NCBI GenBank assembly: GCA_964016885.1
Contig: OZ024764.1
Location: forward strand, 26,226,001 to 26,290,000
DNA length: 64,000 nt
Direction of reading: 5' to 3'
From: Eledone cirrhosa
Lineage: Eukaryota
Below, one piece after another: positions 28,948 through 41,835 of the stretch. A program made the translations under genes and the position numbers. The notes beneath the pieces were generated by a model, which had not been told where the DNA came from, searched no databases, and worked only from the letters and a program-made list of their open reading frames with translations. How positions within the stretch are numbered: position 1 is the stretch's first letter; each line of letters starts with the position of its first letter.

Positions 28948-29208
28948 TAGGCACACTGGAAGCGGGAGACCAAGGTTAACATATGTTGATGCCCTAAGGA
29001 CAGACATCCAGAGTTGACACTGCACTCAGTGCTCCTGTGGGAGCCCCTACATGGACACACTGGAAGAGGGAGACCGAGGTTAACATATGTTGATGACCTA
29101 AGGATAGACACTGGTCTGTTGGAGATGCAGGACATGGCAGCGATAATGAGGGACAGAGACCACTGGAGAGAACTCGTTCATGGATCTCAGGAATTTTACC
29201 CGCCCTAG
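28948..29208 (+). mobile_element. Non-LTR retrotransposon C-terminal fragment with short internal duplication
   Basis: HPELTLHSVLLWEPLHGHTGRGRPRLTYVDDL...MRDRDHW. Sister copy at 48216-48470 (-). Confidence 0.8.
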
Positions 29209-29342
29209 AATATATATATATATGTATATATATATATCAACATATATAAATCAACATCACTGCCGTTTTAACATCCACTTTCCCTGCTAGCAAGTGTTGG
29301 ATAGGTCCATATAGACCAAGTCCATAATAAAGAGGAGCCACT

Positions 29343-30145
<803 letters not shown>

Positions 30146-30231
30146 ATGTAAATGGGTATATATATATATATGTGTGATATATGTATAGGGATGTGTGTAT
30201 GTATGCATATATATGTGTATGTATGTGTGTT

Positions 30232-30269
<38 letters not shown>

Positions 30270-30273
<4 letters not shown>

Positions 30274-30860
30274 AATGATAATGAAATTATTGTGTACAGT
30301 GCTCAGGTGCACTACAACTCATCAAAGGTGCATGTATAGTACATAGAATAATGTACAAATGTCAGGAAAATGAACAGTGTATGAGTCATGATATAATAAT
30401 AATAATAATAATGAAATATTGTGTACAGTGCCCAGGTGCACCACAACTCATCAAAAAAGTGCATGTACAGTACATAGGGCAATGCACAAACATCAGTAAA
30501 ATGTGTGCATGTGTATGGAAGGGGTACATCAGGTGTAGTTTTGGCGTATTTCGGGAAGCATGAGTGTCTTAAAGGATGCAGTGTCTCGGCAGCTAACAAC
30601 TGATGCAGGGAGTTTGTTCCATGCTTCAGCAACTCTGAGCGTGAAAAAATGTCTATGAAAGTCATGGGAGCTGTGCTGTTTTCTTATCTTGTAGGCATGT
30701 CCACGTGTGTTAGACACATGGAGATCAAAAAGGTGCTCAGGGTTGCAATTGGCGAGATGGTTAATAACTTTGTGGGTATTCACCAAGTCCATTGCCAGAC
30801 GTCGGAGCTTCAATGAATCCATGCCCAGGGAAGCAAGGCGTTCAGAGTATGGTAGGTGTC
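30270..30860 (-). mobile_element. CR1/L2-type LINE 3' end, inverted relative to the adjacent copy
   Basis: Reverse complement of ~31426-31910. Its 3' UTR is partially doubled. Confidence 0.85.
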
Positions 30861-31899
30861 TCCCCCCATTGTACTTGTCCCACTTTTGATGCCCTGGTGG
30901 CAAATAAAAGAAACATATATATATATATATACACATATATGCAGATGACATCAAGCTGTACCTTGAAATCAAAAGGACTGATCCTGAAATTTACAACTCT
31001 TTCCTACAATCAGACCTCAGACCTGGACACAATGCAGCAATGGATCACAGACTGGCAACTGAAGCTGGCTGTGGACAAGTGTACCACCATGCATTTTGGA
31101 AGGAAAAATCCAGCGTCCACATACTCCCTCCACAACACTGATATCAAGAAGTCCTCTTGTGAACGTGACCTGGGCATTACTGTCAGCAACGATTTGCGTT
31201 GGACAAAGCATGTCTCTAAGATTGTCAAGAAGGCCGAGGGTGTCTTGGCATCACTCAGCAAGACCTTTGTTAGCCGCTCTCCAGCCATCTATTTAAAACT
31301 GTATACATCTATGGTACGACCACACTTGGAATTCGCATCATCAGTCTGGAACCCCTATCTTGCTCGGAACATTGACCTCCTGGAAACTGTTCAGAGACAT
31401 GCAACCAAGCGCATACCCTCCATCAGACACCTACCATACTCTGAACGCCTTGCTTCCCTGGGCATGGATTCATTGAAGCTACGACGTCTGGCAATGGACT
31501 TGGTGAATACCCACAAAGTTTTTAACCATCTCGCCAACTGCAACCCTGAGCGCCTCTTTGATCTCCATGTGTCTAACACACGTGGACATGCCTACAAGAT
31601 AAGAAAACAGCACAGCTCCCATGACTTTCGCAGACATTTTTTCACGCTCAGAGTTGCTGAAGCATGGAACAAACTGCCTGCGTCAATTGTTAGCTGCCGA
31701 GACACTGCATCCTTTAAGACACTCATGCTTCCCGAAATACGCCAAAACTACACCTGATGTACCCCTTCCATACACATGCACACATGTGTGTATCATGACT
31801 CGTGCACTGTTTATTTTCCTGACATTTGTACATTATTCTATGTACTATACATGCACCTTTGATGAGTTGTAGTGCACCTGAGCACTGTACACAATAATT

Positions 31900-31938
<39 letters not shown>
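30861..31938 (+). mobile_element. CR1/L2-type LINE, RT C-terminal half plus 3' UTR and (ATT)n tail
   Basis: YADDIKLY motif, then ERDLGI, YTSMVRPHLEFASSVWNP, LETVQRHATK and FFTLRVAEAWNKLP. Confidence 0.9.
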
Positions 31939-31940
<2 letters not shown>

Positions 31941-32239
31941 ATGCACCACACCACACAACCCACTCCCACACATCACACACGAGGACAAGCTGAAGTATAC
32001 ATCCAGTAAGGACCCGTTTCTGTTACCCAGAAAGTTCCCCTTCAAGACACAAGCCCGGTCTAGGTGCTTTGTAGAAGATGAAATCCGGCCCGAGATGTTA
32101 GAAGCCTTAAATTGAGAAGTGTGTGCCAGGCGGCCTAGATCTCTGGAAAGGCACCTAAACAATGGCAATGGGAAGTGATAATCCCAATTTTCAAAAAGGA
32201 AGATGAAAGATTGTTCCATTTACTAATGGATCTCAGTAT

Positions 32240-32475
32240 ATATATATATATATATTTTTTTTTATATTATAGAAGGAACTTCTACAGGACTAGTACTGTT
32301 TCATTCAGATGAAATCTTCAGGAGCTTCCTGAAGATTTCATCTGAATGAAACAGTACTAGTCCTGTAGAAGTTCCTTCTATAATATAAAAAAATTTTACT
32401 CTGCCATGTATTGAGTACCTTACTTACTGTGGTTATCCCTGACTCAACCCGGGACCTACGTATATATATATATAT
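32240..32475 (+). mobile_element. (TA)n-flanked fold-back element with hammerhead-like core
   Basis: ~68-bp near-perfect arms around ggagcttcc. CTGAAGA...GAAAC at 32329-32352. Tail gtattgagtacc...tgtggtta...cccggga. Confidence 0.75.
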
Positions 32476-33109
32476 AAGGTTAGTAATTTAAAACTCTACT
32501 TCAGAGATTTGATTCTGACTTAGTTTTTTTTCTATTTAATTGCTAAACCTGTAGATATTGTTCTCCATACAGTAACGGTTAAACTCACATGTAATAATTC
32601 TTTACACACATCTCACTGTGTAACACACTTCTCTCTGTGTAATATATTTGTAGTGAAAGAGTGAAGAATAACACGGTCAACAGTACAAGAAGGGTTTTAT
32701 TTACAGTATTAACAATTGTTTCATTGATTAAGTTGTCTAAAAATTGCTAATCACTTGAAGTTGTGTCACTCAATTTTAAATACAATGTATGCTTAATCAA
32801 ATCATCAGAAAAACTGATAAATACTGTAAATAAAACCCTTTTTGTACTGTTGACCATGTTATTCTTCACTCTTTCACTGTTATTACTCCAAGAATCACCT
32901 AGATGGGAATTCTCACAAACTCGCCACCTAACTAAGGAAACCTCTTGTTGAGTGAAACAACGCCGTACGTTAAAACTATCCGCAATACAAAGTACTCACA
33001 ACCTCTAACTGGATTACCTATAACGATAATTTGTTATCCCATATATATATATATATGTGTATATATATCAACCTGCCCATCCCCTCAATCTATCTTATTT
33101 CTGATTCTT

Positions 33110-33145
33110 TCTTCTGATGAAGGACTAGTGTCCGAAACGTTAAGA
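33110..33145 (+). ncRNA. Minimal type I hammerhead ribozyme motif (Penelope-like element type)
   Basis: UCUU-CUGAUGA-A-GGAC(UAGU)GUCC-GAAA-CG-UU^-AAGA. Conserved core, 4-bp stem II, palindromic ACGU stem III, 4-bp stem I. Confidence 0.75.
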
Positions 33146-33233
33146 CCCTCTTCCTGCTATATCAAGCGTTAACCTAATATATTCCTTCCATATACTGTAC
33201 TGATTGTGTTGTTGTTTCTGTTTACCTTTTACA

Positions 33234-33553
<320 letters not shown>

Positions 33554-33557
33554 ATAT

Positions 33558-34632
33558 CATCATCATCATCATCATCATCAACGTTTAACGTCCGTGTTCC
33601 ACGCTTGCATGGGTTTGGACGGGGGTAGTCCCACTTGAGGCAAGAGTGATTGTCTTGCTCGCATAGGACTGTCTGGCAGGTTTTCTACAGTTGGATGCCC
33701 TTCCTAACACCAACCACATTTACAGTGTGGGTCTGGGAGGTTTTTACCGTGTTGCCTACACGGCCACATTACAGCGTGGACTGTGTGTTTTTTTGTCGTG
33801 ACACCTACACGATCTCATTTGTTTCGGCCTCGATGGTGCGGCACCAACATAACTTTACATAGAACGGGGTGGTGTGGATCGGGTGGGGGTGGGGGTGGTG
33901 GGACGGGGTGTATTTTGTTAGAGATGCCTACTGGCTGGAGTAGGTTTTACTATATATTTAGGTAAGGCGGGTCTTCAAAGGTCTCGGTCCAGTGACATTG
34001 TCTTGGAGAGGTGTAAGTGTGTGATGTCGGAGTTTATCAGCTCGTCCCAGGTTTTTCTAGGTCTGCCTATTCCGTGACTACCGTCTATCTTTATTGCCCT
34101 GCACTTTGTTATACAGCTATCGACTTTCATGCGCATCACGTGTCCATACCAACGTAGCCTTCTCTCGAGTAAACAACATCTGATCCCTCTTATCTCTAAT
34201 TTATTCCTTAGTTCGTTTATGCTTTGCCGTTCACGTATATTACTGTTACACATCCAGCGGAGCATGCAAGCTTCGTTCCTCTCTAGTCTGCGTATATCCT
34301 CTGCACACAATGCCCAGGTCTCACTGCCATGCAGCATTGCTGTTCGTATGCAGGCATCGTACAACCTGCCTTTCATTTTTAGTGAGAACCCTTTAGCAGC
34401 TAATAGTGGTATAAGCTCTCTGAACTTTTTCCAACCAGTTCTGACTCTAGCTACAGTACTTTCAGAGCACCCTCCCCCACTGCTGATTTTATCGCCCAGG
34501 TAACGGAAGCTGTCCACTATTTCTATAGAACCCTCTGCGCAATTGAAAGAGCTAGTAGTTTGTGGGCACTTGCTGCTACTTATTGCACCAGAGCACCGGC
34601 CACATGTAAAATCTATGTTCTTAGTTAGCTTA

Positions 34633-34635
<3 letters not shown>
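33558..34635 (-). mobile_element. RTE LINE 3' portion with long 3' UTR and (GAT)n tail
   Basis: DSFRYLGD..ARVRTGWKKFREL..KGRLYDACIRTAMLHGSETW..RRLRWYGHVMRM..GRPRKTW. Confidence 0.9.
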
Positions 34636-34668
<33 letters not shown>

Positions 34669-34673
<5 letters not shown>

Positions 34674-35045
34674 AGTAAGTATGTTTTGAAACAGTGAGCA
34701 GGTTTGAAATTAGAAAATAGAATAGCTTTCACCGTATTTTTGACTAAAGGAATTTTAGCCTGATAATGGGGTTTAGAACCCTCAGATAGATGGAAAAAGA
34801 TGAGTATTGACGTACATGGGAGTCGAACCTACATCTTTGGTTATCCGGACCACTGTGCTACCATTTACACCAACACATCACCCTTGTGTTGGTGTAATTG
34901 TAGCACAGTGGTCGCGATAACCAAAGATGTGAGTTCGACTCCCATGTACGTCAATACTCATCTTTTTCCATCTATCTGAGGGTTCTAAACCCCATTATCA
35001 GGCTAAAATTCTTTTAGTCAAAAATACGGTGAAAGCTATTCTATT
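34669..35045 (-). mobile_element. tRNA-headed short element with head-to-head inverted partial copy, in (TA)n
   Basis: Arms 34716-34877 and 34885-35045 with a 7-nt loop. Segment 34808-34879 (-) folds as a cloverleaf with A box TGGTGTAAATGG and B box GGTTCGACTCC. Confidence 0.8.
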
Positions 35046-35120
35046 ATATATATATGTATATATATATATACATATATATACATACATATATATACATACA
35101 CATATATATATATAAATATA

Positions 35121-35397
35121 TAAAGAGGAATTAAACGATGGTTAAAAGAGTTCCATATATTTTATTATGCGCATTTCGAATACAAAATCATCCTGGGACA
35201 AAAATTGTGTTCTCATCAATTGTGTTGTCCCAGGATGATTTTGTATTCGAAATGCGCATAATAAAATATATGGAACTCTTTTAACCATCTTTTAATTCCT
35301 CTTTACTATATATACTCCAGTTCTACCAACTGTTGAGTGCTACTTATCTGATATATGCTTAGTTTTATTGTTCTACAATATTACTCACCTTCTACAT
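35121..35397 (+). mobile_element. (TA)n-flanked fold-back element
   Basis: ~80-bp arms at 35121-35305, containing GGATGA..GAAA-TGCGCAT (variant hammerhead-like). The tail carries ttgagtgct. Confidence 0.7.
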
Positions 35398-35420
35398 ATA
35401 TATATATATATATATATATA

Positions 35421-35798
35421 ACAAATGAGATCGTGTAGGTGTCACGACAAAAAACACACAGTCCACGCTGTAATGTGGCCGTGTAGGCAACATGGTAAAA
35501 ACCTCCCAGCCCCACACTGTAAATGTGGTTGGTGTTAGGAAGGGCATCCAGCTGTAGAAAACCTGCCAGACAGTCCACGCTGTAATGTGGCCGTGTAGGC
35601 AACACGGTAAAAACCTCCCAGCCCCACACTGTAAATGTGGTTGGTGTTAGGAAGGGCATCCAGCTGTAGAAAACCCGCCAGACAGTCCTATGCGAGCAAG
35701 ACAACCACTCTTGCCTCAAGTGGGAAAACCCCCGTCCAAACCCATGCAAGCGTGGAACATGGACGTTAAACGTTGATGATGATGATGATGATGATGAT
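35421..35798 (+). mobile_element. RTE 3' UTR/SINE-like copy with internal ~115-bp duplication
   Basis: Inverted relative to 33558-33822; (GAT)n tail. Confidence 0.8.
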
Positions 35799-36340
35799 AC
35801 CTGTATAGATATAAATTAGTGTGCAAATTGTCCTGATATCAAAAAGCAAATAAGGTTCAAAGGGAGATAATCAGGTAATATTGTGATTCACATGCCAATC
35901 TGTTCAGCCAAGTACAGGCCTTATGTTGTCTGTAGAGAGATACTCAACCACTTTAAATGTACATAAATCTAACAATAAAATTCATTGACAACTATTGTAT
36001 GAACTGGAAAAACCAGATTGTCAACAGTTGATGAAAATAGCCTTGATTAAATATATATATATGTAATAATATTGTTATACTTTGGGAGGGTCATGTTGCC
36101 AATAAGAAACACACGCACCAGTTGCTTTCACTTCAATTTATTATATATTTATAAATTTACAAATCTACAAACTTATAAATTTCTGGTTGGTTGGTTGGTT
36201 CCACAACCAGATAGTTGTTTATATATAGTCATAGTCCTTTCGTCAAAATGGCGTAGGAAACAAAAACAAAAACAAAAACAGAAACAAAATGGCGTAGGAT
36301 AGAAGAAAGGAAAGGCACAGAAACAAAGGAAGGAATCCCC

Positions 36341-36385
36341 AGTCACTGAAGAGGTCACAGAGTGTGTGACGAAAGGACTATGACT
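36341..36385 (+). ncRNA. Minimal type I hammerhead ribozyme motif
   Basis: AGUCA-CUGAAGA-G-GUCACA(GAGUG)UGUGAC-GAAA-GGAC-UA^-UGACU. Intact core, 6-bp stem II, 5-bp stem I, predicted cleavage after 36380. Confidence 0.82.
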
Positions 36386-36464
36386 ATATATAAACAACTA
36401 TCTGGTTGTGGAACCAACCAACCAACCAGAAATTTATAAGTTTGTAGATTTGTAAATTTATAAA

Positions 36465-37496
36465 TCTATATATATAAAACTGAGGTTGTCTGTCTGTCTA
36501 TCGATTTTTGGCACACATCTCCTCTTAGAATTTCTCACGGAATTGCACCGAAATTGCTATACTTGTACATTGAGCCCTAGCGAAGACATCGGAAAAAAAA
36601 TATTTCAAATTGACCCGCCCTATCTGACGAAATCGAATATAATGTATCGATTTTTGAGCGTAAGTGATCAGTTATTTCCCTTTGTTCTGTTTACATTGAG
36701 CGTCTGCGTGCAAAAATTAAAAAATTTACGCTGGCTTTCTCAGCGTTTAAAATGACATTAACACAATACACGAACAGTTGTCAAGTCAGCAAAATTTTGA
36801 CCTGCAAAATTCATCAGTTCGAACACTAGGCTTCCGTTTTGCTTCATTTCCATTTAAAAGCCTTTTAAAACAATATTTTTACTTGAAAACAAGTCTATTT
36901 AAAAACTACTTAAAACAAGCAAATATTTCGTAAAAAAAAGCAAAAATTATATAAGTTTATTTAAAATATATGTATCTGTAAATTTCGTTAGGCGTGCAGA
37001 CAGACAGTCGTGCAGAGAGGTGATATACGCGTGCAGACAGATAGTCGTGCAGAGAGGTGATATACGCGTGCAGACAGACAGTCGTGCAGAGAGGTGATAT
37101 AGGCGTGCAGACAGACAGTCGTGCAGAGAGGTGATATAGGCGTGCAGACAGACAGTCGTGCAGAGAGGTGATATAGGCGTGCAGACAGACATAACTGATA
37201 ATTTGGTTACGCTAATGTTTTTCTCTGCGTTGCAGTGTTTACATTTTCGATCTTTGTTAATAAATAACCAGTGCAGTTTTTATCCCCAGCATCCTCTTTT
37301 GTTATAACATTCGGGTTATCGTTATGTTTTCTTAACTTCATAAGGCATATTGTTGGTTGAGGGAATATTAATCAAAAACACCACATGCAAGTCTGCACAG
37401 TAGACACTACAGTTTTTAAGCCAAGAAAGAAACTTAACATTGTAACTTTAACACAGCTACTGAGCGACCCCGAGCAACGCCGGGCTTTACTGCTAG
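36465..37496 (+). mobile_element. Non-autonomous Helitron with internal 37-bp minisatellite (~36990-37190)
   Basis: 5' TC(tatatatataaaa), 3' cccgagcaacgccggg hairpin followed by CTAG. Inserted between A and T with no target-site duplication. Confidence 0.88.
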
Positions 37497-38054
37497 TATA
37501 TAATAAATTGAAGTGAAAGCAACTGGTGCGTGTGTTTCTTATTGGCAACATGACCCTCCCAAAGTATAACAATATCGGTTTCAACACACGATTTCAGATA
37601 AAGAATCTTGCTAAACAAATTCAGAAACGAAATATGTAATAATAATAATATTTATACTTATATATAGCTTATATATAATTATAAATATGGAGGGTAGTAA
37701 TAAGCACTAGTGAGTTACCGGTAAGAGAAAAGGCTCAATGTAAATTATCAAATGTGTTACAGAGCCGAGATACAAAATATAAAACAATAAAATCTTAGTT
37801 TAATATATTTAATTGCTGACAATTGTTTCTTCCAGATGAATGTTTGGATTCAGCGGAGCATAGGGAATGTTTAAACATATATATATATATATATGTGGAG
37901 AGATAGAGTGAGACAGAGTGGAAGTGAGAAACAGATATAGAGGAAGAATCAACCCCAGTATTAGACTGGTACTTTTTTTTATGACCTCGAAAGAATGAAA
38001 GGCAAAGTTGATCTCAGTGGCATTTGAAGAGACCAAATGTGACAAAGCAATACA

Positions 38055-39210
38055 TCTCTTTAGCATTTAAACCACCCATATCCGGCCAGAATTCTTTCAC
38101 CTCTTTCTGTTCAAACCGGCTGTAACTGGCTGCTCATACTGATATTAAGATATTGTTCTCAAAATAAATAACATTAAAATCTCAGAGATTCGTTATTATG
38201 TGAGGTAACTATGTAAGATAAAGCCTTTACTGTGAAAATACAATAGTATATATAGAGTAATGTAAATGTTATGTGAGATATGTGAGGTAAAGCCTTTACT
38301 GTGAAAATACAATAGTATATATAGAGTAATGTAAATGTTATGTGAGATATTATGTGAGGTAAAGCCTTTACTGTGAAAATACAATAGTATATATAGAGTA
38401 ATGTAAATGTTATGTGAGATATTATGTGAGGTAAAGCCTTTACTGTGAAAATACAATAGTATTTATAGAGTAATGTAAATGTTATGTGAGATATTATGTG
38501 AGGTAAAGCCTTTACTGTGACAATACAATAGTATATATAGAGTAATGTAAATGTTATGTGAGATATTATGTGAGGTAAAGTCTTTACTGTGAAAATACAA
38601 TAGTATATATAGAGTAATGTAAATGTTATGTGAGATATTATGTGAGGTAAAGCCTTTACTGTGAAAATACAATAGTATTTATAGAGTAATGTAAATGTTA
38701 TGTGAGATATTATGTGAGGTAAAGCCTTTACTGTGACAATACAATAGTATATATAGAGTAATGTAAATGTTATGAGATATTATGTGAGGTAAAGCCTTTA
38801 CTGTGACAATACAATAGTATATATAGAGTAATGTAAATGTTATGTGAGATATTATGTGAGGTAAAGCCTTTACTGTGACAATACAATAGTATATATAGAG
38901 TAATGTAAATGTTATGTGAGATATTATGTGAGGTAAAGCCTTTACTGTGACAATACAATAGTATATATAGAGTAATGTAAATGTTATGTGAGATATTATG
39001 TGAGGTAAAGCCTTTACTGTGACAATACAATAGTATATATAGAGTAATGTAAATGTTATGTGAGATATTATGTGAGGTAAAGCCTTTACTGTGACAATAC
39101 AATAGTATATATAGAGTAATGTAAATGTTATGTGAGATATTATGTGAGGTAAAGCCTTTACTGTGACAATACAATAGTATATATAGAGTAATGTGAATGT
39201 TATGTGGGAT
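38055..39210. repeat. Second MITE copy carrying the 72-bp satellite (~14 copies)
   Basis: Same unit as 13816-14597, with a homologous but more diverged left flank. Confidence 0.85.
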
Positions 39211-39392
39211 ATATATATCATCATCATCGTTTAATGTCTTCCAGGATAGCATGGGTTTAGACGGGAATTGTACCACATGAGGCAAAATTGGTTGTCTTGC
39301 TCGTATAGGACTGTCTGGCATGATTTTTACGGCTGATGCCCTTCCTAACACCAACCATGTTTACAGTTATATATATATATATATATATATAT

Positions 39393-39505
39393 ATAGGAAC
39401 GAGTAGGGGTCCTACTCGTTCCTATTACCCACTCTACTACCCTAAGTATTGAGTACTTTGGTGCGTTATGGTCCACCTGGTTCCTTACCACATTTCCTTC
39501 GTTAT
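39393..39505 (+). mobile_element. Truncated (TA)n-flanked element with a 15-bp perfect fold-back at its 5' end
   Basis: ataggaacgagtagg-ggt-cctactcgttcctat, followed by the tail shared with 33280-33340. Confidence 0.7.
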
Positions 39506-40069
39506 ATATATATAAAGTACTGGTCATGTACTGGGGTTGATTCTTCTTCTATAAAGCACTGCGAAAAAGACATTTTATTTCAATAAAAAAGTTGATTTAT
39601 TTAAAACCAAGGAAGTTTATATATTTATGAATATATAGGAAGAAAGAAAATCACTGGAAACACTTTAAGTTGTAGTGCACCTGAGCACTTTACACAATAA
39701 TTTAATTATTATTTAAATATAGTATTTTAAAATATATTTTTCCCACTCTAGCTAATTCTGTGACTTTATGCTCACCAGTTAATGGAGGCTATTTTCATCA
39801 ACTGTTGACAATCTGGTTTTTCCAATTCATACAATAGTTGTCAATGCATTTTATTGTTAGATTTATGTACATTTAAAGTGGTTGAGTATCTCTCTACAGA
39901 CGTCAATTGACAACATAAGGCCTGTACTTGGCTGAACAGATTGGCATGCGAATATTACCTGATTATCTCCCTTTGACCCTTATTTGCTTTTTGATATCAG
40001 GACAATTTGCACACTAATTTTTGTGTATATATTATATATATATATATATACAGGAATATGAAAAAAAAA

Positions 40070-40156
<87 letters not shown>

Positions 40157-40699
40157 TATATATATATTGGTATCTATATATATAGGTATATAGATATATA
40201 GCATAGACTTTATCGGGAAGCTTAACAAGGAGATCCTTCAGTAAATGGAACAATCCTTCATCTTCCTTTTTGTAATTGGGATTATCACTCCCCATTGCCA
40301 TTGTTTAGGTGCCTTTCCAGAGATCTAGGCCACCTGGCACACACGAGTCAGCCAGAGAATACCTTCTCAATTTAAGGTTTTTAACATCTCGGGCTGGATT
40401 TCATCTTCTACAAAGCACCTAGACCGGGCTTGTGTCTTGAAGGGGAACTTTCTGGGTAACCAAAATGGGTCCTTACTAAAAAGTCTAAAGTCTGTCTCAA
40501 GCCAGTGCTTATCCCAATCCAAACCCCCAGCTATTACTGGTACTCATTTTCAGCTGAGTATACTGGAACAATGTAAAAGGAAGTGTTTAGCTCAAGAACA
40601 CACACACATATATATCATCTAAACATCTCAAGTAGGTGACAATATAAGGCAGTACATGAATTTGAACAGCACATAGCAACCAACCCTGACAGCAAAGTG

Positions 40700-41630
40700 T
40701 ACATTCAAAGCAGAGACCTCTCTCTCCAGTTGGTCCTCATCGCAATCTCCACACAGGCCAAATTACTGACGATCCCAAAGAATGCGCAGAACTCATTGCT
40801 GAATGCTATGCAGGCATTTTTACTGATGAAAACCAAAACTTCTGACATCAAATTCTACAACTATGGAATTTACACTTGCAATGCTGCGATGTCACCTTAA
40901 GAATAAGCTCAACTATGCCTCTTCTGGTCTTGATGGTGTTATGTATTTGTGTTGGACAAAGCACATCTCTAAAATTGTCAAGAAAGCTGAGGGTGTCTTA
41001 ACATCACTCAGACCTTTGTCAGCCGCTCTCCAGCTATATACTTAAAGCTATATATAGCTATGGTGCAGCCACAATTAGAATTTGCATCACTATTCTGGAA
41101 CCCCTATCTTGCTCAGAATATTGACCTCCTGGAAATTGTTCAGAGATGTGCAACCAAGCGAGTACCTTTCATAAGGCATCTCCCATACTCTGAACACCTT
41201 GCTTCCATGGGCATGGATACATTGAAGCTCCATCTGGCAACTGACTTGGTAAACACCCACAAAATTATTAACCATCTTGCCAACAACAAATCTGAGCTCC
41301 TTTTTGAATTCCATATGTCTAACACCCTTGGGTATGCCTAAAATGTCAGAAAACAGCACAGCTCCCATGACTTTTAGAAACATTTTTTCACACTTGGAAT
41401 TGCTGAAGCATCAGTTATTAGCTGTCGAGACACTGCATCCTTTAAAACCGCCATGCTTCCTGAAATTTGCCAACACTACACCTGATATCCCCCCCTCCAT
41501 ACACACGCACACATGTATATCATGACTCATACACTATTCACTTCCCTCACATTTGTACATTATTCTATATACTATACATGCACCTTTGATGAGTTGTAGT
41601 GCACCTGAGCACTGTACACAATAATTTTCA
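40700..41630 (+). mobile_element. Older, deleted CR1/L2-type LINE copy
   Basis: MVQPQLEFASLFWNPYLAQNIDLLEIVQRCATKR; same 3' UTR as 31757-31900. Confidence 0.85.
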
Positions 41631-41835
41631 CTGGCAGTGGATTGGCAATATCAATGGAGCGTCAGAGACCATGCTTTGCAGCATAGAGTTATGGCCCTTT
41701 ACGTTCTGAGTTCAAATCCGCCGAGGTTAACTTTGCCTATAGGGTCGATAAAATAAAGTACCAGTAATGCACTGGTATAATTGCTGGCCTTGTGCTAAAA
41801 GTAGAAACAATTATTATTTTATATACATATATATA

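Larger units (their letters stand above)
36069..37640 (+). mobile_element. Fold-back hammerhead element (arms 36069-36245 vs 36367-36464 + 37497-37575), interrupted by a Helitron
   Basis: Removing 36465-37496 restores the reverse complement of the left arm across the junction. Confidence 0.8.

Noticed and set aside
30792-31757. 321-aa host gene
   Set aside because: CR1/L2 reverse transcriptase C-terminal fragment; 5'-truncated and frameshifted near YADD.
34808-34879. Functional tRNA gene
   Set aside because: Multiple G-U pairs, a T-stem mismatch, no U at position 33 and embedding in a repeat. Treated as a SINE-type head.
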